A stretch of DNA of 64,000 nt from Candidatus Poribacteria bacterium (lineage in GTDB: Bacteria > Poribacteria > WGA-4E > GCA-2687025): the NCBI GenBank assembly GCA_963665845.2, contig OY762492.1, positions 1,760,001 through 1,824,000 of the forward strand, written 5' to 3'. The translations under genes were made by a program, and so were the position numbers. Positions 45,863 to 54,450 of the stretch are shown piece by piece; positions within the stretch are counted from its first letter, which is position 1, and every line of letters begins with the position of its first letter. The notes below the pieces were generated by a model. The model saw nothing but the letters and a program-made list of their open reading frames with translations. It was not told the DNA's origin and did not search any database.

Positions 45863-46972
45863 TTAGCCCGCCAGTTTCTCGCGCAGGCGTTTCCCTGACA
45901 TCGCGGCGACGACCGGCATGACGACGTCGCTCAAAATGCACGGCAGAAACACCGCAATAAAGAGAGTCACCAAAACCGCCGGGGCCTGCGCCCATCCAAA
46001 CCATGGGGTTTTCAAGACCCACAGCAGATACAGCAGCGATGCAACCGCCGACAGGGTCGTATGCAGGGAATGCGCGATGATGGAGACTGGCAATTTGCCG
46101 ATACGCGCCATGCCGATGAACGCCCCTACGACAGCGAAAAAGAGCGTAAAGATGAGGTGGTTGAGATCAAGAAAATGATCGAGAACCGAATGGCCGCCAT
46201 GACCGTCATGGGCGCCATGATCGTCATGACCGTCATGGGCTTCTCCTTCCGCGTGCGCTTCGGCTTCGTCATGGGCTTCCTCATCCGCATGCGCTTCGGC
46301 TTCGTCATGAGCTTCCCCATCCGCGTGGGCTTCGGCTTCGTCATGCGCCTCCTCTTCTGCGTGGGCGTCCGCTTCCGCATGGGAGTCTTGAAGGTTGAAC
46401 AATTTTGCGCCGGCTTGCGGCAGCGCCGCGTCGCTGAATGTGCAGAACGCGATGGAAAAGACGATGCCGACCGACATGGCGATGGCGACATTGCGCAGCT
46501 GCCGAAAAGCGACAGCGGAAGAGACGATCGCGCTGATGAAGATATGCATCATATGCGCGCCTCTAAATTCTCTCTGCCATTCCGCTTCGCGGAAAAGAGA
46601 AATGACGCCGATCGCCAGAACGACAGCGACCGTCACACCGAGGGTGAACGGAAGATGCGCCTTCAGCTCCGCCCATAAAACGCCGCCCATTCCGCCCCCG
46701 CCGCCATGGTCGTGTCCGTGATGATGCCCATGGCCGTGGTGATGGTGGTCGTGGTCATGCTCGTCATGGTCATGTCCGTGGTCGTGGTCATGCCCTTCGT
46801 GTCCGTGGTCATGGTCATGCTCGCCATGGTCATGTCCGTGGTCGTGGTCATGCCCCTCCTCCCCATGATCATGGTCATGCTCGTCATGGTCATGTCCGTC
46901 ATGCTCATGTTCAGGGGGCTGGTCTTGTTCGCTGCGGATGAATTCTTGTGTCGCGTCGCTCAAGTCTCGCAT
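45863..46972 (-). CDS. His/Asp-rich multi-pass membrane protein, putative metal binding/transport
   Basis: N-terminal 20-aa His-rich repeats (three copies), internal 12-aa EAHDEAEAHA repeats, about 6-7 TM segments with intramembrane His/Cys/Asp. Confidence 0.75.
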   Translation of the reverse strand: MRDLSDATQEFIRSEQDQPPEHEHDGHDHDEHDHDHGEEGHDHDHGHDHGEHDHDHGHEGHDHDHGHDHDEHDHDHHHHGHGHHHGHDHGGGGGMGGVLWAELKAHLPFTLGVTVAVVLAIGVISLFREAEWQREFRGAHMMHIFISAIVSSAVAFRQLRNVAIAMSVGIVFSIAFCTFSDAALPQAGAKLFNLQDSHAEADAHAEEEAHDEAEAHADGEAHDEAEAHADEEAHDEAEAHAEGEAHDGHDDHGAHDGHGGHSVLDHFLDLNHLIFTLFFAVVGAFIGMARIGKLPVSIIAHSLHTTLSAVASLLYLLWVLKTPWFGWAQAPAVLVTLFIAVFLPCILSDVVMPVVAAMSGKRLREKLAG

Positions 46973-47028
46973 ATTTCACTCCATAAAGGTGAGCATTATC
47001 ATGCATCTTTTTTTCGAATCATGCAAGT

Positions 47029-47440
47029 CTGACCTTGCGTCTTTAGTTGGGACATGCCGCCGGGCGGGTTTCTGCGGCGCGGCGCATCCAATTCCCCCTT
47101 GAAAAGGGGGATGGGGAGGGTCTGCGCGGGCGGGTTGCGCTTGGTTTTGAACTAGGATTTTCAGGATTTATAAGATTTCCAGGATTTCAGGATGCGGCAT
47201 GTCTCAGGCGGAGTGTCGGTTTTCGGCAAACCTTTTGGCAATCTTTCAGTCCTATCCTCTTAGTTCAGTCAGCAGACGGTTTCGGCGGCGCCTCTAGATT
47301 CCCGCTTACGCGGGAAATGACAGGATGAGAGGGGCGGAAATGCATGTCCTCGCGGAAGCGGGGAACGAAATGTCAGGGGCGGAAATGATGACGAGAGGAA
47401 ACGCGCGGGAATGCATGTCCTCGCGGAAGCGGGGAACGAC
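47029..47440. repeat. Mosaic repeat cluster: MITE end, poly-C/G hairpin, AGGATTT-type palindromic element (47148-47267), dRS3-like hairpin and GCATGTCCTCGCGGAAGCGGGG units
   Basis: Direct reading of the motifs. Confidence 0.75.
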
Positions 47441-47509
47441 AAGCGGCTTGACGGAACCAAGCGTTTCGTGTAAAACTGCTTCCAATGAAACTCAGGCGAT
47501 AGGAAAACG

Positions 47510-47890
47510 ATGAGCATCAAACCGACCGGCCTTCACCATGTCTCCGTCGTCGTCACGGACCTTGAACGCGCCAGCGCCTTTTACCGCGACGTCCTCGCGC
47601 TGGAGGAGGTGCCGAAGCCGTCCACCTTTAATTTTACGGTCGCATGGTTCCATTTCGGCGACTGCCAGGTGCATCTGATACCGCGCGGCGAAGCGGACGA
47701 CGACAGCCCCCGCCACTTTGCGCTCCATGTTGAAGACGCGAAGGCGGCGCGCGAACATATACGGGAGCGCGGCTGCGAAGTCTCCGAGACGACGCCGATC
47801 CCCGGCGCCGACCGGTTCTTTACGCGCGACCCGGACGGCAACCTCATTGAGCTGATCCAGTGGCTTGAGGAGTACGTGCCGGGCGCCTAA
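47510..47890 (+). CDS. VOC/glyoxalase family protein
   Basis: LHHVSVVVTDLERASAFYRDVL, QVHLI, HFAL, FTRDPDGNLIELI. Confidence 0.92.
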   Translation: MSIKPTGLHHVSVVVTDLERASAFYRDVLALEEVPKPSTFNFTVAWFHFGDCQVHLIPRGEADDDSPRHFALHVEDAKAAREHIRERGCEVSETTPIPGADRFFTRDPDGNLIELIQWLEEYVPGA

Positions 47891-47972
47891 TTATTCAGCG
47901 CCTCAACGCGCGTTTCTTAAGCGCCGACGAGCCGAAACGCGCCGTAATACCGCATTTTACGCTGAATCCTGT

Positions 47973-47987
47973 TGGCACATGGTTTGC
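47973..47987 (+). promoter_or_regulatory. Sigma-54 (-24/-12) promoter upstream of amt
   Basis: TGGCAC-ATGGT-TTGC, exact GG-N10-GC spacing, 48 nt before the ATG. Confidence 0.8.
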
Positions 47988-48035
47988 GCTAGAAAGCGTC
48001 AAGCGTGAACTTCACCATGTGTCAGGAGGATTCAA

Positions 48036-49421
48036 ATGCGTCCTTTAAGTTTGATAGCGGCAGTTCTGTTGACCGTTTCATTAGCGGGTCTCGCCGGCTA
48101 CGCCCCTTCCGTTCTCGCGGATCATCACGAGAGCATGGAGGCAACCGCCGAGACCGAAGCGCCGGCAGACAGCGACGAACATTCGTTCAACGATTATCTC
48201 TGGATGATGATCGCCGGCTTTCTCGTTTTCTTCATGCAGGCGGGCTTTGCGATGGTTGAGGCGGGCTTCACCCGCGCCAAAAACGCCTGCAACATCATCA
48301 TGAAAAACCTTGTGGACTTTTCCGCCGGCTCCATCATGTACTGGGCGGTCGGCTTCGCGTTCATGTACGGCGCCTCCAAAGGCGGCTTCATCGGAACCAG
48401 CAACTTTTTCCTGGGCGACGCCGTCCAGGGCGAGAGCATCAACAGCTGGATGTACGCCGAATGGTTTTTTCAAGCGGTCTTCGCCGCCGCCGCTGCGACG
48501 ATCGTCTCCGGAGCCATGGCGGAACGCACCAACTTCCGCGGCTACCTGCTCTACACCGTCTTCATCACCGCGCTCATCTACCCGATACAGGGGCATTGGA
48601 CATGGACAAGCGACGGTTTTTTGGCGGGTCTCGGTTTCCATGACTTCGCCGGCTCAACGGTCGTTCACAGCGTCGGCGGCTGGGCGGCTCTCATGGGCGC
48701 GATCATCCTCGGCCCGAGGCGCGGCAAATTCGACGCGGAAGGAAAGCCGCGCGTCATCCCAGGGCATAGCATCGTCCTTGCGTCGCTCGGCGTTTTCATT
48801 CTGTGGCTCGGCTGGTTCGGGTTCAACCCAGGCTCCACGCTCGGCGCGGATGTCAGCTTCGCGCGCATCGCCGTGACAACGAATCTTGCCGCCGCGGGCG
48901 GCGCTCTCGCCGCGATGTTCTTTGCGTGGGTCAAGGTCGGCAAACCGGACATCGGCTTGACGCTGAACGGCGCGCTCTCCGGACTGGTGGCAATCACCGC
49001 TCCGTGCGCCGTTGTGTCGCCGCTCTCCGCGGTCATCATCGGTCTCGTCGCGGGCGTTCTGTGCGTCCTGTTCGTTCAGATTGTGGAAAGCGTCTTCAAG
49101 GTGGACGACCCGGTCGGCGCCTTCACCGTTCATGGCGTCAACGGCGTCTGGGGAACGCTGGCGGTCGGCCTCTTCGCCCAGAACCCGTATGCGGACGGCA
49201 CATGCGGCGAAGGTCTTTTCTTCGGCGGCGGAGGCGCGCAGCTGTGGGCGCAGGTCATCGGCGTCGCGGCGGTCGCGGCGTGGACGCTTATCACAAGCGG
49301 CATCCTGTTCGGCGTTCTGAAAGCGGCGGGCGTCCTGCGCGTCAGCGAAGAAGAGGAATACAACGGGCTGGACATGGGCGAACATGGCGCGTCCGCCTAC
49401 CATTTAGACGAGCGCATGTGA
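48036..49421 (+). CDS. amt: Ammonium transporter
   Basis: LVFFMQAGFAMVEAG, IVSGAMAER, DFAGSTVVH, WFGFNPGS, DDPVGAFTVHG (twin His intact). Confidence 0.96.
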   Translation: MRPLSLIAAVLLTVSLAGLAGYAPSVLADHHESMEATAETEAPADSDEHSFNDYLWMMIAGFLVFFMQAGFAMVEAGFTRAKNACNIIMKNLVDFSAGSIMYWAVGFAFMYGASKGGFIGTSNFFLGDAVQGESINSWMYAEWFFQAVFAAAAATIVSGAMAERTNFRGYLLYTVFITALIYPIQGHWTWTSDGFLAGLGFHDFAGSTVVHSVGGWAALMGAIILGPRRGKFDAEGKPRVIPGHSIVLASLGVFILWLGWFGFNPGSTLGADVSFARIAVTTNLAAAGGALAAMFFAWVKVGKPDIGLTLNGALSGLVAITAPCAVVSPLSAVIIGLVAGVLCVLFVQIVESVFKVDDPVGAFTVHGVNGVWGTLAVGLFAQNPYADGTCGEGLFFGGGGAQLWAQVIGVAAVAAWTLITSGILFGVLKAAGVLRVSEEEEYNGLDMGEHGASAYHLDERM

Positions 49422-49495
49422 ACCAGCTTGGCGCCGGCGCCCATCCTCCCGCTGGCGCCAGCGCCCCTGTCGGCGTTCATTTGGGGCGCGTAACC

Positions 49496-49536
49496 GGCCG
49501 CCTTGATGCTTTTAATCAAGGCGGCCTTTATCTTTT
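49496..49536 (+). terminator. Rho-independent terminator after amt
   Basis: Perfect 12-bp stem GGCCGCCTTGAT/ATCAAGGCGGCC, 7-nt loop, then TTTATCTTTT. Confidence 0.8.
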
Positions 49537-50476
49537 AAGACGCCGCCGCCTCGTCCGCCCCGTCTCTGTCTGGATCGTAAAGTCTGAATGTTCCACGTTT
49601 GACACGCCAGTAGTACTTGTTCTTCACAGGATGAATTGCATGGGAAGGACTATTGGGGCATCCAGCGGCGATTTGGCCATGGAGTGTTCCGGTCTTGAAG
49701 TTCGGGTATTCATTTCGAATGAACTTTAAGAGTTCTGAAGGCGTGAACTCCTTCTCAGTATCTTCACCTGTAAGTTCACGAGCCGCTTCTAAGATGACAT
49801 CTCTTGCAAGCTTATCGCCCGACCAGCGTTCGATTGGGGATGCGGACCGCTTTTGCGTTTTCGATGGCGCAGGCGGTTCGTTGCCAACCGTCGATTCGAT
49901 GCTCACCAGCATTTCGCCCGCCTCCGTTTGAAAGGTGGAGACGCTTAGACAGCTGACATCCATGCCGTATGCGGTACGCAAAAAGCGGCAGACAGCGGCG
50001 ACACTCGGCGGGATCTCTCCCGCGGCGATGAAGAGCCGCATGGCGCTGTTCAGCGGCGGAATCTCCTCGGCGTCGGGAATGTCAAACGCTTCTCTGAAGG
50101 CGTCTTGAAAGGGACGCTCAAGATACTCTTCAGCATGCGCATGGATCTGCTCTTCTGTCAGCTCGTTCGCCCATGCCGCGTATTCCAGCAGCTGCGCGAC
50201 CGTCTCGCGCGGCGTCTTGTCCCGCTTCAGCTCCGCGACGATTAAATTGCCGTCCGCGTCAACGCCCAGAAGGTCGGGGAAGACGACATGTTCTTCTGTA
50301 CGCGCGCTGGTTTGACGCGCGATCCATAAAACGATCTCGTCCGGTATCAACGCGCCTGGGCTGTTCTCTAGCCAGCTTTCTAGATGCTGTTCCAGTTGGA
50401 GATTGGTCTCTTGCGCGACAATCAGCTCTGCTTTGGAGAGATCGCCGTCCGTTTTTTCCAGTCTAAATATCGGCAA
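49535..50476 (-). CDS. NucS/DUF91-like PD-(D/E)XK nuclease with C-terminal winged-helix-like domain
   Basis: LEQHLESWLE, FPDLLGVDADGNLIVAELKR, QLLEYAAW; C-terminal FTPSELL..YWRVKRGTFRLY. TTG start at 50476 after an AAAGG RBS. Confidence 0.78.
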   Translation of the reverse strand: MPIFRLEKTDGDLSKAELIVAQETNLQLEQHLESWLENSPGALIPDEIVLWIARQTSARTEEHVVFPDLLGVDADGNLIVAELKRDKTPRETVAQLLEYAAWANELTEEQIHAHAEEYLERPFQDAFREAFDIPDAEEIPPLNSAMRLFIAAGEIPPSVAAVCRFLRTAYGMDVSCLSVSTFQTEAGEMLVSIESTVGNEPPAPSKTQKRSASPIERWSGDKLARDVILEAARELTGEDTEKEFTPSELLKFIRNEYPNFKTGTLHGQIAAGCPNSPSHAIHPVKNKYYWRVKRGTFRLYDPDRDGADEAAAS

Positions 50477-50612
50477 TGTTCCGCCGCCTTTCCAATGATG
50501 CCGACGCATGCAAGATATGAGTCGTTAGAGTATGGGGCGGGCGGATGAATGCGTCAAGACAGATTCCTCGGCAGAGCCTATAGACGCCGCCGAGGAACCC
50601 GCAGCCCGCCCT

Positions 50613-52334
50613 CTATTCGAGAGGATGAACCGTGTAGTAAGTTGCAGGCTCATCGTACCCTTTCAGCTGCGCATTTCCCGCCTCCCGTATTTCAAACGGA
50701 AGCGAGTCGTCCAGCGTTGAACGGCGGTAGCCTTCCAGCCGCTCCTGGCACACCGGCCCAATCGCAATCTCTCCAGGCTTCGCCAGCTCCTGCAGGCGCG
50801 CCGCGTGACTTGCAGCGTCGCCCACCGCCGACAGCGACCCCGATGAGCCGGTGAAATTTCCGATTGTCATCTCTCCCACCTCAACGCCGATCGAGAGATC
50901 CAGCGCGACGCCGCCCAGGTCCAGCTCCGCGGCCGCCGCCGCGCTTGCCAGCGCAAACTGAACCGCCATATACGCATACCGCTCCGAATTCGGCGGCAGC
51001 TCTTTCATCAAGGCGTCCAGATCCGCGGCGGATGAAACGCCCTGCAGCGCGTCCATGCTGATCTCATACAGCGGCGGACCGAACATCGTTTCGACGCAGT
51101 CGCCCGCCTCCACCTCAAAATATCCGCCCCGCTGGACGGCAAGCGCGCGCTCCATGTCGATCCATTGCCGCGCGCCTTGAACGCCCGCCGCGTTGCCGCT
51201 CATGGCGATCTCGGCAAAGTTTTTGACGCCGCACTGGGCGACCGCCGCTTCCGTCTGCCGCGGCTGATCAAACGCCCAGCTGGAAGCATAGGCGCGGCGA
51301 ATCAAATAGTCCGCCTGGTCGGCGCGAATCGACTGCGTCAAACCGCCTTTCACCGCATGGAAATGGGCGATCCGCGTTTCGATCTGCATCGCAACCGCGT
51401 CCACCAGGTCCGCGTCCGCGGGCTGCAGCGGCGGACATCCGACGATGAACATCTTGCCGATGACGCGGTTCGGCGTCCGCGTGCGGTCTTCCAGAACGAT
51501 CGTCTGGCACGGCGGCGGTTCATCCCCGATGCTGCGGATGATGCCGAGCGCCTGCATTCCGATGTCGGAATCGAGCGGCTCTCCGCCGTAGGCGATCAGG
51601 TTGCCGCCGAGACCTTCGTTCAGCGCATAATCGCGCGCGGGCGGCGGAACCGCCTCTCCGCCGGCGGCATGCGCCGTTTCGACGCGCCGATCGCGCGGCT
51701 CATGGTCGTAGGCGTCATGGCCGCTCAAGTACAGCGCAACGATTCGATCCGCTTCCAGAAACGACTGCAGATGCGCCAGCGCGTCGCCGAAGCCGTCCAG
51801 CCCGTCGCGTTCTAAAATCGTCTTCACCTCGGAGCGCACCGCTTGACGTTCCGCCGTTAAATCGTCCGACGCCGCCGGTTCCTCCAAAACCGTTTCGGTC
51901 AGACTGTCTTTCTCTTCAAACATCGCAAACCCGCCTAATTGTTGGTTGAGTAGATTCAGTACCTTGTCGACGCCAGAGATGGGGCGGACGCTGACGGCGC
52001 CAATCAGCCAGCCCGAACCTTCCGCCCCGAACGGAGCGGACGCCGCATGCATATCCTGTTGAATGTCCGCGGAGACGCCGCTTTCTGAAGAAAAACGGCG
52101 CAGGTCGGCAGCTTCCAAAACCTCCAGCAGCTCCCCCTCGGCGTTCGAAGAGACATAACGACCCGCCCCGCCCGCGTCGATCCACAATGCGGCGCCGTCG
52201 ATACAGTCCGCCGACATGTCCAGCGCCGCTTGAAGAATCTCCTGCGGATCGGCTCCGCTGCGCTCCTCAAGCAGTTCGCCAATCAGGTCTTTCAGACCGT
52301 CCAGGTCGTCCTGCGTCATTGCTGTCTGGTTCAT
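50613..52334 (-). CDS. GAF-like sensor + degenerate class III nucleotide cyclase domain
   Basis: GDCVETMFG, LSIGVEVGEMTIGNF, VGDAASHAARLQELAKPGEIAIG, LKGYDEPATYY. Start placed at MNQTAM. Confidence 0.75.
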   Translation of the reverse strand: MNQTAMTQDDLDGLKDLIGELLEERSGADPQEILQAALDMSADCIDGAALWIDAGGAGRYVSSNAEGELLEVLEAADLRRFSSESGVSADIQQDMHAASAPFGAEGSGWLIGAVSVRPISGVDKVLNLLNQQLGGFAMFEEKDSLTETVLEEPAASDDLTAERQAVRSEVKTILERDGLDGFGDALAHLQSFLEADRIVALYLSGHDAYDHEPRDRRVETAHAAGGEAVPPPARDYALNEGLGGNLIAYGGEPLDSDIGMQALGIIRSIGDEPPPCQTIVLEDRTRTPNRVIGKMFIVGCPPLQPADADLVDAVAMQIETRIAHFHAVKGGLTQSIRADQADYLIRRAYASSWAFDQPRQTEAAVAQCGVKNFAEIAMSGNAAGVQGARQWIDMERALAVQRGGYFEVEAGDCVETMFGPPLYEISMDALQGVSSAADLDALMKELPPNSERYAYMAVQFALASAAAAAELDLGGVALDLSIGVEVGEMTIGNFTGSSGSLSAVGDAASHAARLQELAKPGEIAIGPVCQERLEGYRRSTLDDSLPFEIREAGNAQLKGYDEPATYYTVHPLE

Positions 52335-52397
52335 TGCCGCCCCGGCTTCATACGCAATATCATACACCGGGACGGCTGCGCAATCAAGAATCAATGC

Positions 52398-52489
52398 CTG
52401 ATCTTACGTCTTTAGTTGGGACATGTCGGCATGCGAATGCGATAGATTCCCCCCTTGAAAAGGGGGGCTAGGGGGGTTTAAGGCGCGGG
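52398..52489. repeat. MITE end + poly-C/G hairpin, bracketed by a 30-bp direct repeat
   Basis: CTGATCTTACGTCTTTAGTTGGGACAT; CCCCCCTTGAAAAGGGGGG; flanking repeats at 52368-52397 and 52490-52519. Confidence 0.75.
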
Positions 52490-52505
52490 CGGGACGGCTG
52501 CGCAA

Positions 52506-53249
52506 TCAAGAGTCGATGCGCCATTCCGCCAACGTTTCAAACGATGAATCATGCGTCAGGTCGGAGCCGAGCGGCGTGACCGAAACGGCGTTGTCGGCAA
52601 TGGCGCCAAAATCGGTCAGATGCCTATTCGCCGCCTCCAGACGCTTTCCGCCGATCCAGTAATACTCGCCGCCAAACTTATCGATCCGCTTCTCCACATG
52701 CGTGTCGTACGGCGCCGGGTCAAGCCGCGTCAGACGGACGCCGGTCACTTCCCGCAGCGGCGCATTCGGGATGTTCACATTCAGCAGCGCCTCCTTTGGA
52801 AGCCCCCGCTTCAGCGCCTCGCGTATGAAGATCGACACATAATGGAGCGCCGTTTCTCGATGCCACCCCTTCCCGCGCGGCATGGAGAAGGCGATCGACG
52901 GAACGCCGAGAAACCATGCCTTTCGCGCCGCGCCGACGGTTCCAGAAAAATGAACGTCATGCCCCAGATTCTGCCCCATATTGACGCCCGCGACGCACAA
53001 CACAGGAGGGCGCGGCATCAATTCGCCGACCGCCAGATCGACGCAGTCCACAGGCGTGCCGCTGATAGCGTAAGCGTTCTCGCCGGACGGAACGGCGCGC
53101 AGCGGCTGGTCAAGCGTGATGCCCATGCCGATGTTGCTTCGTTCGCGGTCGGGCGCGGCGATGAACGTCTCTCCAAATGCTGCCGCCGCTTCCGCAAGCC
53201 ATTGGATGCCTTGCGCCGCGATGCCGTCGTCGTTTGTTACCAGTATCAT
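52506..53249 (-). CDS. surE: 5'/3'-nucleotidase SurE
   Basis: ILVTNDDG, SGTPVDCV, GVNMGQNLG, FSGTVGAA, LNVNIP, VSVTPL. Confidence 0.95.
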   Translation of the reverse strand: MILVTNDDGIAAQGIQWLAEAAAAFGETFIAAPDRERSNIGMGITLDQPLRAVPSGENAYAISGTPVDCVDLAVGELMPRPPVLCVAGVNMGQNLGHDVHFSGTVGAARKAWFLGVPSIAFSMPRGKGWHRETALHYVSIFIREALKRGLPKEALLNVNIPNAPLREVTGVRLTRLDPAPYDTHVEKRIDKFGGEYYWIGGKRLEAANRHLTDFGAIADNAVSVTPLGSDLTHDSSFETLAEWRIDS

Positions 53250-53305
53250 TCGGTCTCCCTATTCTCGCGCATGCGTTTCATGATACAGGATAAGCCCGCG
53301 CCGCG

Positions 53306-54136
53306 CTAAACATGCCGCCGCGGCGGAAGCAGACGGCGGTTGAACGCCCACCCGACCGCCCCGTAAAGCAGCCGATCCGCCAGCCCGTCGGCGCGCTTTG
53401 GGCGGTATTGAATCGGCTGGGGAGCGCGGCGCATGCGGTTTCCGCCGATGGAGTGCCGCCCGCCTTCCCAGTAGCGGAAAAACGAGTCTTCATACGGCAG
53501 ATCAAGCCGCGCATACAGCTCGCGCATGACCGCCTGCGGATTGGAAGCGAGGTCGGCGTAGGAAAGCGGGAGATAGGAAAACGCCTTGCGCCCAAGCCGC
53601 TTCGTCCGCGCGTTTCGGCGTATCCAGCTCCCGTATGCCAGGAGCCGATTTGGATTTCGCCGTTGAAACGAGGCGCTGTATTCGCGCAGATCTTTTGTCA
53701 AATGAATCACATGGACGCGCGCGGCGGAGGAGCCGAGGCATCGGCGCAGATGGTCAGGGTTTTTGCTTGAATCGATCAGTATTCGCGCGCCGGTCAAGCG
53801 TTGACACGCCTTCAGCAACGCCTCCTCATGCCGCGTCAAACGGCGGGGGTCGCACTCAAAATGCGGGTTGAAATGCGGATGCAGCGCGCGCGCCCGCTCC
53901 ATCGCTTTAGACCAGAACGCGCACCGCAGCAGCGATTCCGCTCCGCACGCGCAGGAGCGCTCTGGATGTTCAGGCGTCGGCGTCCATGGCTCCGTTTCGT
54001 CTAAAAAGAGGCGAAAGCGCGCCAACTCGCCCGCGCCGAACGCTTGAGAATGACTCGACAGCATCATCTCCAGAAGCGTTGAGCCGGAGTAGTTGCATCC
54101 GGCGATCATCACAAGATTGATCAACGATTCGCTCAT
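53306..54136 (-). CDS. Sulfotransferase family protein
   Basis: 5'-PSB-like GCNYSGSTLLE, GEL, CACG..CAFW, IDSSK, YADLASNP, HSIGGNRMR. Confidence 0.85.
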   Translation of the reverse strand: MSESLINLVMIAGCNYSGSTLLEMMLSSHSQAFGAGELARFRLFLDETEPWTPTPEHPERSCACGAESLLRCAFWSKAMERARALHPHFNPHFECDPRRLTRHEEALLKACQRLTGARILIDSSKNPDHLRRCLGSSAARVHVIHLTKDLREYSASFQRRNPNRLLAYGSWIRRNARTKRLGRKAFSYLPLSYADLASNPQAVMRELYARLDLPYEDSFFRYWEGGRHSIGGNRMRRAPQPIQYRPKRADGLADRLLYGAVGWAFNRRLLPPRRHV

Positions 54137-54195
54137 TCTCCGCCAACCCGCTCCATAAACATTTTATATTAAAGAGAAGCGCGCGTCTCATCGGT

Positions 54196-54383
54196 CTGAC
54201 CTTGAGTCTTTAGTTGGGACATTCTGCCCGGTGAACGCGGACGGCTTCTGGGGCGCCTCTAGATTCCCGCTTACGCGGGAATGCATGCCCTCGCGGAAGC
54301 GGGGGACGATTTGGTTGGCGGCGCTTTTCCCAATGAATAAAGCTTTGGTCGTTCAACTGTCCCAACTTTCAGCATGAGGTCAG
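54196..54383 (-). mobile_element. Complete MITE copy in reverse orientation (188 bp, extra internal unit)
   Basis: CTGACCTTGAGTCTTTAGTTGGGACAT...TGTCCCAACTTTCAGCATGAGGTCAG. Flanks ATCGGT/ATCGCT may be a decayed TSD. Confidence 0.8.
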
Positions 54384-54450
54384 ATCGCTCTCTTGACGCG
54401 CCGCTCATCCGATTATACTCTATGATAACACGCGCAAACAGGAGCTGCGC

